The notes under the pieces are model-generated. The model was given only the letters and a program-made list of their open reading frames with translations. It was not told the DNA's origin and did no database searches. Positions 1 to 9,274 of a stretch of 36,719 nt of DNA are shown piece after piece. Source of the DNA: Flavobacteriales bacterium (lineage in GTDB: Bacteria > Bacteroidota > Bacteroidia > NS11-12g > UBA955); the NCBI GenBank assembly GCA_947450405.1, contig CANFVI010000001.1:1-36719 (forward strand), written 5' to 3'. The position numbers and the translations under genes are program-made. How positions within the stretch are numbered: the first letter of the stretch is position 1; the number at the start of each line of letters is the position of its first letter.

Positions 1-1347
1 AGCGGCACACGTATATTGATAGATTGCGGATTGGATTACGAAAACAGAAAGGAGTTTGAAAATAAGAATGCAAATTTCCCTTTTCAAGCTTCAGAAATTG
101 ATTTATTGATTGTTACACATGCACATATTGACCACACTGGTAATGTTCCCAATTTAATTAAGCAGGGATTTGCGGGTCAAATACTTTGTACTGGGGCAAC
201 ATTAGAATTGAGTGATTTTTTATTGCACGATAGTTTAAACATTCAGAGAATGGAAATTCATAAGAAACGGAAAATGGGTTCTCGCAAAAAGGGCGGTATC
301 AAGTTTGGTAGTGTTCCACAGCCATTGTATGCGAAGAAACATATCATGGATATGTTGTCGATGGCCCGTTTGCTTGAAATTGGTGAAAACTATTCCTACA
401 GCGATGATGTTTCTATTAGTTTTCATACTTCGGGACATATTTTAGGTGCGGTGAGTGTGAGGTTGGAGATTCAGGAAGACGGCAAAACCAAAACCATAGG
501 TTTCACGGGCGATTTGGGTAATTACAGATCTAAGTTGGTGCCAGATCCAATTCCAATGAAAGGTTTGGATTATTTGATTTCTGAAAGTACTTATGGTGGC
601 CGCCGACATATTACAGATAGTCGTTTGGCTGAAGAGTTTATTTTGGAAGAAGTATTGGATGCCTGTGTAAAAAGAGGGGGTAAGGTTGTGATTCCTGCGT
701 TTAGTGTGGGTAGAACCCAAGCCATTATTTTTACTTTACATCAGTTGTACAGAGAAGGCAAGCTTCCCAATATTAAAATATTTACAGATAGTCCTTTGGC
801 AATTAAAAGCACCAAGGTTTACCAATACAATTTGCAGTATTTGAATGAAGAGGCGAAGCAGTTTCAATCGAAGCATGGCAGTTTGTTCGATTTTCCTTTG
901 TTGCATGTAATTGAAGACGAGCGTCAAAGTGAAATTTTGAGTGTACTTCCTGAGCCATGTGTGATTATTTCAGCAGCGGGTATGGTTGAAGGTGGTAGAA
1001 TTCAAATGCACGTTAGAAACAATGTGGGTCATGACGACAATACCATTTTGATAGCAGGGTTTTGTGCTGAGGGAACTTTGGGCGATAGGCTTTTGAAGGG
1101 ACAAGATTTCGTTGAAATTGAACACAGAAAACGTCCGGTTAGGGCAGTGATCAAAAGAACGGATGTATTTAGTGCACATCCAGATCATCCACAATTGTTG
1201 GATTATTTTGAGCGTTCTAATGACGGAAAATTAAAGAAATTGTTCTTGGTACATGGCGATCCAACCCAGATGGATATTTTGGCAAATGATGTCAAAGGGG
1301 TTGAAGTGGTTACACCAATGCGGGGACAACAGTTTGAATTGAATTGA
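1..1347 (+). CDS. MBL-fold beta-CASP family hydrolase (RNA-metabolising metallo-beta-lactamase type), 5' end cut by the window edge
   Basis: The frame is open from nt 1 (SGTRILIDCGL...), so the gene starts upstream of the window. It carries the HxHxDH zinc motif (THAHIDHTGN). The later SAHPD and LVHGD motifs and the ~450-aa length fit the beta-CASP subfamily. Confidence 0.85.
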   Translation, partial: SGTRILIDCGLDYENRKEFENKNANFPFQASEIDLLIVTHAHIDHTGNVPNLIKQGFAGQILCTGATLELSDFLLHDSLNIQRMEIHKKRKMGSRKKGGIKFGSVPQPLYAKKHIMDMLSMARLLEIGENYSYSDDVSISFHTSGHILGAVSVRLEIQEDGKTKTIGFTGDLGNYRSKLVPDPIPMKGLDYLISESTYGGRRHITDSRLAEEFILEEVLDACVKRGGKVVIPAFSVGRTQAIIFTLHQLYREGKLPNIKIFTDSPLAIKSTKVYQYNLQYLNEEAKQFQSKHGSLFDFPLLHVIEDERQSEILSVLPEPCVIISAAGMVEGGRIQMHVRNNVGHDDNTILIAGFCAEGTLGDRLLKGQDFVEIEHRKRPVRAVIKRTDVFSAHPDHPQLLDYFERSNDGKLKKLFLVHGDPTQMDILANDVKGVEVVTPMRGQQFELN

Positions 1348-2375
1348 GAATTTCAGTAAACATATTGCTTTGGCCTTTGTCTGTTTTATATGGATCAATT
1401 GCGTTTTTAAGGCGAATGTTTTACGAAGTTTTCGGATTGCGTAAGGAAGGTAAATTACCTAGTTTGGTGATAGGAAACCTTACGGTTGGTGGAACGGGAA
1501 AAACTCCCATGGTGATGTATGTTTCTAATTTGTTGAGAGATACATTTTCTATGGCGGTTTTGAGCCGCGGGTATGGGAGAAGTACCAAGGGGTATTTGGA
1601 ATTAAATCAGTTCTCAATGGTTTCTGCGGTGGGTGATGAGCCATTTGAAATATTTGAAAATTTAGATTCTGTTCCTGTTGTTGTTTGTGAAAACAGATTG
1701 AAGGGAATCGAAAACATTTCAAATAGTTTTAGGGATGTCAATTTGGTTTTGTTGGATGATGGTTTTCAGCATTTGCCTTTAAAAGCGAATGGATATTTGT
1801 TACTGTGTAATTACAATGATCCTTTTTATTCGGATTGGGTAATGCCGGCGGGCCGTTTGAGGGAATTTGCTTTTTCGGCGAAAAATGCCGATATTATGGT
1901 AGTGAGTAAATGTCCTTCAGGATTAAAAGAAACTGAAGCGAATGCCATAAAAGCCAGATTGGAAAAGTACAGTGAGAATGTGTTTTTTGCATCGTATAAA
2001 ATGAGTAATCCCATGTCTTTGAATGAGGGAACGTCAAATTTGTTGCAAGGTGAAAAGGTGATTTTGGTAACGGGTGTTGCGAATGGCTTAGATGTAAAAA
2101 ACCAATTAATAGGGTATGCGGTTGAGAAGCATTTTAATTATGCGGATCATAAAGCTTTTGATGTGAGTAACATCAAGGAATGGATTGGTGAATGTATGCT
2201 TTTAAATATTCAGAATATTGTAGTTACAAGGAAGGATGCTGTTAAAATTCAGGACTTAATCAGAATGAACAATATTGATATTTTGGGTGTTTCATTTCAT
2301 GAAATTCACACGGAAGTAGTTATTTTATTTAATCAAGAAAAACAATTTAAAAATAGTTTAATTAATTTAATATGA
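1344..2375 (+). CDS. lpxK: Tetraacyldisaccharide 4'-kinase (lipid A biosynthesis)
   Basis: P-loop GNLTVGGTGKTP lies close to an N-terminal hydrophobic helix (LLWPLSVLYGSIAFLRR), and LDDGFQH is present. The length is 343 aa. A TTG start overlaps the upstream stop codon. Confidence 0.85.
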   Translation: MRISVNILLWPLSVLYGSIAFLRRMFYEVFGLRKEGKLPSLVIGNLTVGGTGKTPMVMYVSNLLRDTFSMAVLSRGYGRSTKGYLELNQFSMVSAVGDEPFEIFENLDSVPVVVCENRLKGIENISNSFRDVNLVLLDDGFQHLPLKANGYLLLCNYNDPFYSDWVMPAGRLREFAFSAKNADIMVVSKCPSGLKETEANAIKARLEKYSENVFFASYKMSNPMSLNEGTSNLLQGEKVILVTGVANGLDVKNQLIGYAVEKHFNYADHKAFDVSNIKEWIGECMLLNIQNIVVTRKDAVKIQDLIRMNNIDILGVSFHEIHTEVVILFNQEKQFKNSLINLI

Positions 2376-2863
2376 AACACATAAGAATTTTTATTTTTGG
2401 AATTATCATAGCACTGGCAACGAGTTTGTTGCCGAGTTGTAGTCCTTCAAAAAATATTGCATTTGAAGAATTTACTTCGGTTGATCCAGGAGGATGGGAT
2501 TGGAAAGAGAAGAAGAAGTTTGTATTCAAAATTGACGATGATCAACATTATTACGGATTGAATTGTGAGTTGCGCATTTCTGCAAATTATGCATACAGTA
2601 ATATTTGGTTGATTTATACAATCAAGGGTCCTAAGAAGTTTATGCACAAGGAGCAATTCCAGATGGTTTTGTCTGACAATTTGGGTAAATGGAATGGACA
2701 AGGTGTATCGAATTTGATCAGTTTTCAAGTGCCATTTATGGGACAACAGAAACTAGAAAAAGGTGTTTACACCATTGAATTCAATCAAAACATGCGCGAT
2801 GAAAAACTGAAAGACGTGAATAATATTGGTCTTCAGGTGATTCGAGGGCAGATGATATTGTAA
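2372..2863 (+). CDS. gldH: Gliding-motility lipoprotein GldH-like
   Basis: 163 aa with a signal peptide and lipobox Cys (LLPSCS). Size and conserved pattern (NYAYSNIWL, LSDNLGKWNGQG, NQNMRDEKL..V..IGL) match my recollection of the GldH family. An ATGA start/stop overlap links it to lpxK. Confidence 0.6.
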   Translation: MKHIRIFIFGIIIALATSLLPSCSPSKNIAFEEFTSVDPGGWDWKEKKKFVFKIDDDQHYYGLNCELRISANYAYSNIWLIYTIKGPKKFMHKEQFQMVLSDNLGKWNGQGVSNLISFQVPFMGQQKLEKGVYTIEFNQNMRDEKLKDVNNIGLQVIRGQMIL

Positions 2864-2883
2864 AAATTTAAGTAGCGAAGAGA

Positions 2884-4431
2884 ATGGTAGTGAAGGGATA
2901 TGCATCGGCGTTGCATGGGGTGAATGCTACAAAAGTAATTGTTGAGGCCAATGCCACAACAACGCCCGATTTTGCAACATTTATCATTGGATTGCCAGAT
3001 GTGGCAGTTCGTGAAAGTTTATTTCGCTGCGATGCAGCGATTAAAAATTCGGGTTTTGAGCCATTGCGGCAAAAAATCGTAATCAATTTGGCACCTGCCG
3101 ATATCCGAAAGGAGGGCAGTGCTTATGATTTGCCAATTGCGGTAACCATGTTGGCGGCTAGTTTTCAACTAACAGACGAATACCTTGGTGATTATATCAT
3201 CATGGGGGAATTGGGTTTGGATGGGAATATATTGCCTATCAAGGGAGCCTTGCCTATTGCAATTCAAGCTTTTAAAGACAAGTTCAAGGGTTTTATTTTA
3301 CCCAAGGAAAATGCGAAGGAAGCAGCAATTGTTAAAGATTTGGAAGTTTATGGGGTTGAAAATTTACGTGAGGTTGTAGAATTTTTGGCTGGTGAGCGAA
3401 CTTTAGATAGGGTTGTTGTTGATCCACGTGGCGATTTTGAATCGGCAATGAATGGGTACGACGTAGATTTTTTGGATGTTCAAGGTCAAGACAACATCAA
3501 AAGGGCAATGGAAATTGCAGCGGCTGGCGGACATAATTTAATATTGTTTGGACCTCCAGGTGCTGGTAAAACCATGTTGGCTAAACGGTTGCCATCGATC
3601 ATGCCGCCTATGAATTTGCATGAGGCTTTGGAAACCACCAAAATACATTCGGTAGCTGGGAAATTGGGAACAAATGCGTCGTTGATGGCTGTGAGGCCGT
3701 TTCGGTCGCCGCACCATACAATTTCCGATGTTGCTTTGGTTGGTGGGGGCAACAACCCTCAACCTGGAGAAATTTCATTGGCGCACCATGGGGTGTTGTT
3801 TTTAGATGAGTTGCCAGAGTTTAAGCGTTCGGTGTTGGAGGTCATGCGTCAACCCTTGGAGGAGAGAAAGGTGACGATATCGCGTTCTCGATGGTCGGTT
3901 GACTATCCAGCTTCTTTCATGTTGGTTGCCAGCATGAATCCTTGTCCTTGTGGATACCACAATCATCCTTCAAAAGCGTGCACTTGTGCACCGGGAGCGG
4001 TGAATCGATATTTAAGTAAAATCAGTGGTCCATTGTTAGATAGGATTGATATCCATATAGAGGTATCTCCGGTTTCGTATGACGAGTTGGCTTTTAGGAA
4101 GAAGGATGGCGAAACGAGTGCTGATATTCGTGCAAGAGTGATAGAGGCAAGGAAAATCCAGGAAGCGAGATACAAAGATGAGGCTGGAATTTTCAACAAT
4201 GCGATGTTGCCGAGCAACAGGGTTCATGAGTATTGTGAAATACCTGCTGCAGGACAAATTTTGTTAAAGGCGGCGATGCAAAAATTGAATTTGAGTGCGC
4301 GTGCTTACGATAAAATTTTGAAATTAAGCAGAACCATTGCCGATTTGGCTGGAACTGAAAAGATAGAAATAGCGCACTTGGCCGAAGCCATTCATTTCAG
4401 AAGTTTGGATAGAGAAGGGATGTTTGGGTAA
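2884..4431 (+). CDS. comM: YifB/ComM family Mg-chelatase-like AAA+ ATPase
   Basis: N-terminal Lon-protease-like domain (GLPDVAVRES, EGSAYDLPIA), Walker A GPPGAGKTM and Walker B VLFLDELPEF. A Cys cluster (CPCGY...C.C) is also present, and the 515-aa length is typical. Confidence 0.9.
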   Translation: MVVKGYASALHGVNATKVIVEANATTTPDFATFIIGLPDVAVRESLFRCDAAIKNSGFEPLRQKIVINLAPADIRKEGSAYDLPIAVTMLAASFQLTDEYLGDYIIMGELGLDGNILPIKGALPIAIQAFKDKFKGFILPKENAKEAAIVKDLEVYGVENLREVVEFLAGERTLDRVVVDPRGDFESAMNGYDVDFLDVQGQDNIKRAMEIAAAGGHNLILFGPPGAGKTMLAKRLPSIMPPMNLHEALETTKIHSVAGKLGTNASLMAVRPFRSPHHTISDVALVGGGNNPQPGEISLAHHGVLFLDELPEFKRSVLEVMRQPLEERKVTISRSRWSVDYPASFMLVASMNPCPCGYHNHPSKACTCAPGAVNRYLSKISGPLLDRIDIHIEVSPVSYDELAFRKKDGETSADIRARVIEARKIQEARYKDEAGIFNNAMLPSNRVHEYCEIPAAGQILLKAAMQKLNLSARAYDKILKLSRTIADLAGTEKIEIAHLAEAIHFRSLDREGMFG

Positions 4432-4440
4432 ACTTAAAGA

Positions 4441-5223
4441 TTACTTCCCTTTAAATTCAGGTTTTCTTTTTTCGTTGAAAGCGGTTACGCCTTCTTTGTA
4501 GTCTTCAGATCTACCTGCAATTTCTTGGCAATAAGCCTCATATTGAAGCATGGTGTCAAGATCGGAATGGGCAGCTTTGTTCAACATGGCTTTGATCATT
4601 CCAATTGAAAGGGTTGGTGCCTGAGCGTAGTAATCGGCAATTTGCTGAACGGTAGAATCCAAATCTTCTTCAGAGGCAACGCGGTTAATCAATCCCCACT
4701 CCAACGCTTGCTGAGCGCTCACTTTGGGAGCCATTGTAGCCATTTCAAATGCTCTTGCAGGACTTATTGCTTTTGGAAGGAAGTAACTGCTTCCAGAGTC
4801 TGGAACCAATCCTACGTTTACAAAAACTTCTATGAGGGACGCTTTTTCAGATGCAATGATAAAATCACAAGCAAGGGCCAAAGAAGCGCCAGCACCTGCT
4901 GCTACGCCATTCATTCTACAAATGATTGGCTTTGGCAATTCGCGCATGGCTTTGATAATTGGATTATAACGTTTGTATAAACTGTCGGAAAGTGAGCGAT
5001 TTTTAGAACCCGCAATGGCTTTTAAATCTTGACCACTACAAAATGCTTTACCTGCACCAGTAAGCACCACAACGCGAACTTCGTTGTCTTTCTTAATCTC
5101 TTTGAACACCGCTTGCATGTCATAGCTTTGTTCATCGTTGAATGCATTAAAAACATCAGGACGGTTCAAGGTAACATAGGCAATGTTGCCTTTTTTCTCG
5201 TATAAAACGCAAGTTAATTCCAT
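4441..5223 (-). CDS. Enoyl-CoA hydratase/isomerase (crotonase) family protein
   Basis: The ORF track gives 4441-5433. I place the start at the internal Met (MELTCVLYEKKGNIAYVTLNRP), which gives the usual 260 aa. Crotonase motifs are present: TGAGKAFCSGQDL, GVAAGAGASLALACD and FNEKRKPEFKG. Confidence 0.85.
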   Translation of the reverse strand: MELTCVLYEKKGNIAYVTLNRPDVFNAFNDEQSYDMQAVFKEIKKDNEVRVVVLTGAGKAFCSGQDLKAIAGSKNRSLSDSLYKRYNPIIKAMRELPKPIICRMNGVAAGAGASLALACDFIIASEKASLIEVFVNVGLVPDSGSSYFLPKAISPARAFEMATMAPKVSAQQALEWGLINRVASEEDLDSTVQQIADYYAQAPTLSIGMIKAMLNKAAHSDLDTMLQYEAYCQEIAGRSEDYKEGVTAFNEKRKPEFKGK

Positions 5224-5948
5224 ATAATGTACAATAAAATTGAGTTTACAAATGTAATAGAAATTCCAACGATGCTCCCTATGATTAATTCTTGGTAGGT
5301 ATGGGCTTTCAATATTTTTCTCGCAATGAAAACCAAGGCTGTTAATACCACCAACGCAGTTAAAATGAGATTTATATTTTGAGGGACTAACATCGCTGAT
5401 GGCCAATGATAAAAGTTTTCGCCCACCAGGCAATCTCCTTGAACAAAATTTTTGATTCTGTTGAATTCTCCAAATGCAAATGTGGTAAATGCAGTAATGG
5501 AAAGCATGTGAATGGAGATTTTAAAGTTTAGGAACACAAAAATCGTTTGCACTAGTAGTGATAAAATTACCAATTGCTCCCATTCGAAAAGTGGATGTAG
5601 GTTTAATAATTTGTTGTAGGTAATGAGATTCTCTTTTGTATTCAGCAATTCATGTGAGTAGAACATCATGAGTATTGCCGACAACAATGCAAATGGAATT
5701 GCAATTTGACGTTCCTTTACACTTGACAAATGAATGGATTCGAACCGTTTTTTATACACCATAAAAAATACAAACAACATGGGAATAATAATATACAACA
5801 GCAAGCTGGCCGTGAGTAGTTTCGATTGGGTAAGTTTCTGAATTTCGAGAATATTGGAAATGTCGATTCGCGACATAAAATAGACACCCAAAATGGCCCA
5901 AAGGCCAGGAAAGGTGATGTAGGTAATAATTTTAGCTATAATTTTCAT
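5214..5948 (-). CDS. Polytopic membrane protein, possibly a divergent PAP2-superfamily member
   Basis: About 6 hydrophobic helices. The C-terminal segment ARKILKAHTYQELIIGSIVG resembles PAP2 motif 3 (SRxxxxxHxxxD..G...G) with Ser to Ala and Asp to Glu. SIHM is a possible relic of the SGH motif. The family assignment is tentative. Confidence 0.5.
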   Translation of the reverse strand: MKIIAKIITYITFPGLWAILGVYFMSRIDISNILEIQKLTQSKLLTASLLLYIIIPMLFVFFMVYKKRFESIHLSSVKERQIAIPFALLSAILMMFYSHELLNTKENLITYNKLLNLHPLFEWEQLVILSLLVQTIFVFLNFKISIHMLSITAFTTFAFGEFNRIKNFVQGDCLVGENFYHWPSAMLVPQNINLILTALVVLTALVFIARKILKAHTYQELIIGSIVGISITFVNSILLYIIWN

Positions 5949-5950
5949 GG

Positions 5951-8900
5951 TTAAAAAGCGCGCTCAATTCCGATTCGAAGTCTAAATTGAAGGTTGTTTT
6001 CGTTGACGTTGGTGATATTTTTGAAGAAAGGAATGTCAATTCTTAAACGCAGTGGATTTACTTCTGAAAGAATACTTCTTTGTGAAATGGAATTCTTGAA
6101 AATCACTTTTTTATTGGCTTTCAAATTCACCATTGCCCCTATGCCGGCATCGGCAATGATGGGACTTGTTATTTGCTTTTGATTTACGGGTTGTGAAATA
6201 ATACCGGCATCACCGAAGAGGTAGGTTTGGATATTGATCCATTTCACCCTTGGAACGTTTGAAAAGATTCGTGTGAAATCAATTTCTACGTTTGCAGAAA
6301 CGCCTGAATTTCCCCTAAAAAATGCAAGGGAGGTATCGTTTTGTTTCAATGCAATGGGCGAATTGATATATCCCCTAAGATTAAGTCCCCCACCATATTG
6401 AAGAAACTGTGCTTGGTTTAACTGTGTAAATCCAAAGTCGCGCATCAGTTTGTTATCCATTATGTCTTCTGGACTTGCACCTGCGGCATAAAGTGCCGAT
6501 TCGGCAGTTGGATTTTGTCCTCCGCCATATTGGCCAAAAACGCGTGTTTTCAGCAATAATTTGCCCAAAGGTTGGTTGTGTTTCCAGGTACCTTGAACGT
6601 ATCCAAATTGGGTTTGACTCCAAGGACTCGGCAAACGGGTATTCACATTGAAACTTCCAAAATGTCCCCAGCCTGAATAAGTCTTTGTCCAAAACAAATT
6701 CAAACTGATATTATCTTGATTGCTCCAAAAAGATTGTCCCAATGTGTAATTGTTATAATTTGTTTGAAAAATTGATGTTGAATTTGATTCATCAAATGTT
6801 TCACGGAAGTAGTTTTTCATGTATTTCCCATAAATACCGAAGGTGTGATTTTCAATTTTCATTTTCCAGCCTAATTTATTGATAATTAAATTATTGTAGA
6901 ATTTACTTTGAACATAATAAGTGCCATTATTTGCAATTGTATGGGCATAATTAAAATTATAGCTAAGTGGTTGTGTTCCACGGTTGATAAGCAAATTGGG
7001 TTGTAAAGTTGGTTTTTTGAGGGAATAATAGGTTTCTAATTCAAACACATGTTTTCGGCCTTGGTATTGTCCGGAGAGTTTTACCCCAGCCATCCAGCCA
7101 TTGAATGCGTTGTTGGTTAAAGTGGGTCTCCAAAGGGTTTTGTATCCCCCAAAATAAGAATCATCTGAACCATTTATGAAATCGAAATCTATTGAATTTC
7201 GGTGTTTCCAAACATTGTCTGAACGATTGATATCGGCCAATCGGTAGCTGCCGTCTAAGAAAATTTGCTCTAACTTATAGTTAGGAGGCATGTTTATTTG
7301 AAAGGTATATTCTGGTTTAATTCTGTCCCAACCAATCCAAGGAACCAAGTTTTGGCGTTCTGGATTTTTGTAAAAAGTAACGGGAATGGTGTTTTTTATG
7401 ATGGTGGGCTTACCCGTTAATTGAGAAACAAACACAAAATCAAGGTTAACGGGCATTACCATTAATCCTTTTCTTTCAATGGTAATTTCATAAGTGAACT
7501 TTGATATTTTTTTCACTTTTTTGATGCCGTAATCGCAGGCATCGGTAGTTTCGAACCATTGGTCAAAGAATTTATTTAGGTCGGTTTGGGCAGTTTGAAT
7601 GACAGAGTTTCTAAAATCATCGATGTAGGGGTGGCAGAACTTCCATTGAGACACATAATTTTTCATGGCCTGTGAAAAAACCGAATCACCCAAGAAATAC
7701 TGAAGATTATACAGCATGGTGGCGGTTTTCAAATACACATGTTTGTAACCTCCGCCATGGCCCGTAGCTCCATTAAATTCATTGCTATGGGTATTCAATT
7801 TGCTGTCGTTGGCGTCGATGGCATCTTCAATATAGCCGGCGTAAACCCGTCCATATTCAGGGAAGTTCTCGTTGGTTAGTTTTTTTAAGCCCCAAGCCGT
7901 TAAGAACTGTGTAAATCCTTCATCAAGCGCAGCCCGGTATGTTTCGTTGCTTCCCACCATTCCATAAAACCAATTGTGGCCAATTTCATGTATGAGCAAA
8001 CTTTGGTGACCGGGATAGGTACCGCCATCCATCGTTATCATGGGGTATTCCATGCCATCACCGGCATCGGCGGCTACAATTTTTGGGTAGTTATATTGTC
8101 CGAAATCTTTGCTAAAAAGTTCTATAATTTTCTTTACAAATTCTGATGTTTGCTGCCAACCTGCGGCATTGTTTTCTTGGGCTATGGCTACACAGTTTAC
8201 GCCGTTAAATTTGGTTTCACTGATTCTGTAGGTTGGATCGGCTGTCCATGCAAAGTCGTGCACATTGGTAGCGTGAAACCACCATTGTTTTCTTTTGTTA
8301 GAAGGTTGAATAATTACAGAGGGTTGTTCGCCAATTGGTTTTTTGGCAAAATTAGAAATGTTTAATTTTTTTCGGAGGGAATCAGGCAAAACTGTCTTAC
8401 GATTTTTGAGTTCACCCGTTGCCTCTACGATGTAGTTTTCTGGTAAATCTAGTTGTACGTCGAATACACCAAAATCGCCATAGAATTCTTTTTCAAGGTG
8501 TTGGTCGGTGGTCCAAGTGAATTTTCTGTCGTACACACAAATTTTAGGAAACCATTGACAGCCATTAAAATGTTTTACACCGTGGTGGTCAAACACTTTC
8601 ATTCTTCTTCTGATAGAACCCCTATCGAAATAGGTAATAAAATCGATATTAAAATCAATTTTTTCACCTGGAAGTAGTGGTTTGGGCAATTTTATTTTGA
8701 GAATGGTATTGTAAATTTCAAAGTCAATTTTTTCATTATCGATGGTGAAAGAGGTAATTTCAATTCCTTTGCCATCATTTTCGTATTTGCCGTTTACAAC
8801 TTTCGTTTTATTGAGTTTATATAACTCGTTTGTAAGGCTTTTTTTGATAAAAGCATTTTGGTAGAGATTGAAATAAGCTTCGGTGATGGCGTTGGGACTA

Positions 8901-9220
8901 TTGTTGTAGTAGGTAATTCTTTCGCCACCTTTGATATATTCAAAAGTGTCGTTTAAATAAGCGTGAATTTTATAGTAAACGTCTTGTTGCCAATAACCTT
9001 CGTAGGGTTTTTTGTTTTTCCAATAGTTTGGATCTGAGGAATTATGGAGGTCATCAAAATTTGGCGTTTGCCAAATATTCCAATCGTATACGGTTTTTGG
9101 TCGACTGTTATTGGGTTCATCTGGTGCCATAGGGCGCTGATCAATTTCGACTTGAGAATACGCAGAATTGCAAAAAATAAATGTAAAAAAAATTGCAGAA
9201 AACGTGAGTTTTTTGAACAT
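5951..9220 (-). CDS. Secreted M1-family zinc metallopeptidase fused to a C-terminal Omp85-like outer-membrane beta-barrel domain
   Basis: I place the start at Met13 of the ORF, giving the signal peptide MFKKLTFSAIFFTFIFCNSAYSQ; 9256 is the alternative start. GDGMEYPM and HEIGH-X18-E (HEIGH is encoded at 7976-7990) form the M1 signature. The C-terminal ~410 aa contains YGGGLNLRGY and LFGDAG, and ends ...RIGIERAF with a terminal Phe. Confidence 0.85.
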   Translation of the reverse strand: MFKKLTFSAIFFTFIFCNSAYSQVEIDQRPMAPDEPNNSRPKTVYDWNIWQTPNFDDLHNSSDPNYWKNKKPYEGYWQQDVYYKIHAYLNDTFEYIKGGERITYYNNSPNAITEAYFNLYQNAFIKKSLTNELYKLNKTKVVNGKYENDGKGIEITSFTIDNEKIDFEIYNTILKIKLPKPLLPGEKIDFNIDFITYFDRGSIRRRMKVFDHHGVKHFNGCQWFPKICVYDRKFTWTTDQHLEKEFYGDFGVFDVQLDLPENYIVEATGELKNRKTVLPDSLRKKLNISNFAKKPIGEQPSVIIQPSNKRKQWWFHATNVHDFAWTADPTYRISETKFNGVNCVAIAQENNAAGWQQTSEFVKKIIELFSKDFGQYNYPKIVAADAGDGMEYPMITMDGGTYPGHQSLLIHEIGHNWFYGMVGSNETYRAALDEGFTQFLTAWGLKKLTNENFPEYGRVYAGYIEDAIDANDSKLNTHSNEFNGATGHGGGYKHVYLKTATMLYNLQYFLGDSVFSQAMKNYVSQWKFCHPYIDDFRNSVIQTAQTDLNKFFDQWFETTDACDYGIKKVKKISKFTYEITIERKGLMVMPVNLDFVFVSQLTGKPTIIKNTIPVTFYKNPERQNLVPWIGWDRIKPEYTFQINMPPNYKLEQIFLDGSYRLADINRSDNVWKHRNSIDFDFINGSDDSYFGGYKTLWRPTLTNNAFNGWMAGVKLSGQYQGRKHVFELETYYSLKKPTLQPNLLINRGTQPLSYNFNYAHTIANNGTYYVQSKFYNNLIINKLGWKMKIENHTFGIYGKYMKNYFRETFDESNSTSIFQTNYNNYTLGQSFWSNQDNISLNLFWTKTYSGWGHFGSFNVNTRLPSPWSQTQFGYVQGTWKHNQPLGKLLLKTRVFGQYGGGQNPTAESALYAAGASPEDIMDNKLMRDFGFTQLNQAQFLQYGGGLNLRGYINSPIALKQNDTSLAFFRGNSGVSANVEIDFTRIFSNVPRVKWINIQTYLFGDAGIISQPVNQKQITSPIIADAGIGAMVNLKANKKVIFKNSISQRSILSEVNPLRLRIDIPFFKNITNVNENNLQFRLRIGIERAF

Positions 9221-9274
9221 GAGTGCAAGATAATCAAATTGCCGAAGACTATTCACTTGTGAAGTCGCTATAAA

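Noticed and set aside
2884-4431. comM as a known hotspot for genomic-island insertion.
   Set aside because: The ORF is intact and full length (515 aa) with all motifs in order, and the flanking genes are housekeeping.
4441-5433. Longer versions of several ORFs in the track: 5433 for the crotonase, 9256 for the M1 protein, 20306 for OmpA, 20938 for the lipoprotein, 23067 for the EnvC-like gene and 35365 for asnS.
   Set aside because: In each case an internal Met yields a canonical N-terminus or signal peptide. The extensions are not family-like, overlap the upstream gene, or contain the candidate -7 promoter box (ompA, asnS).
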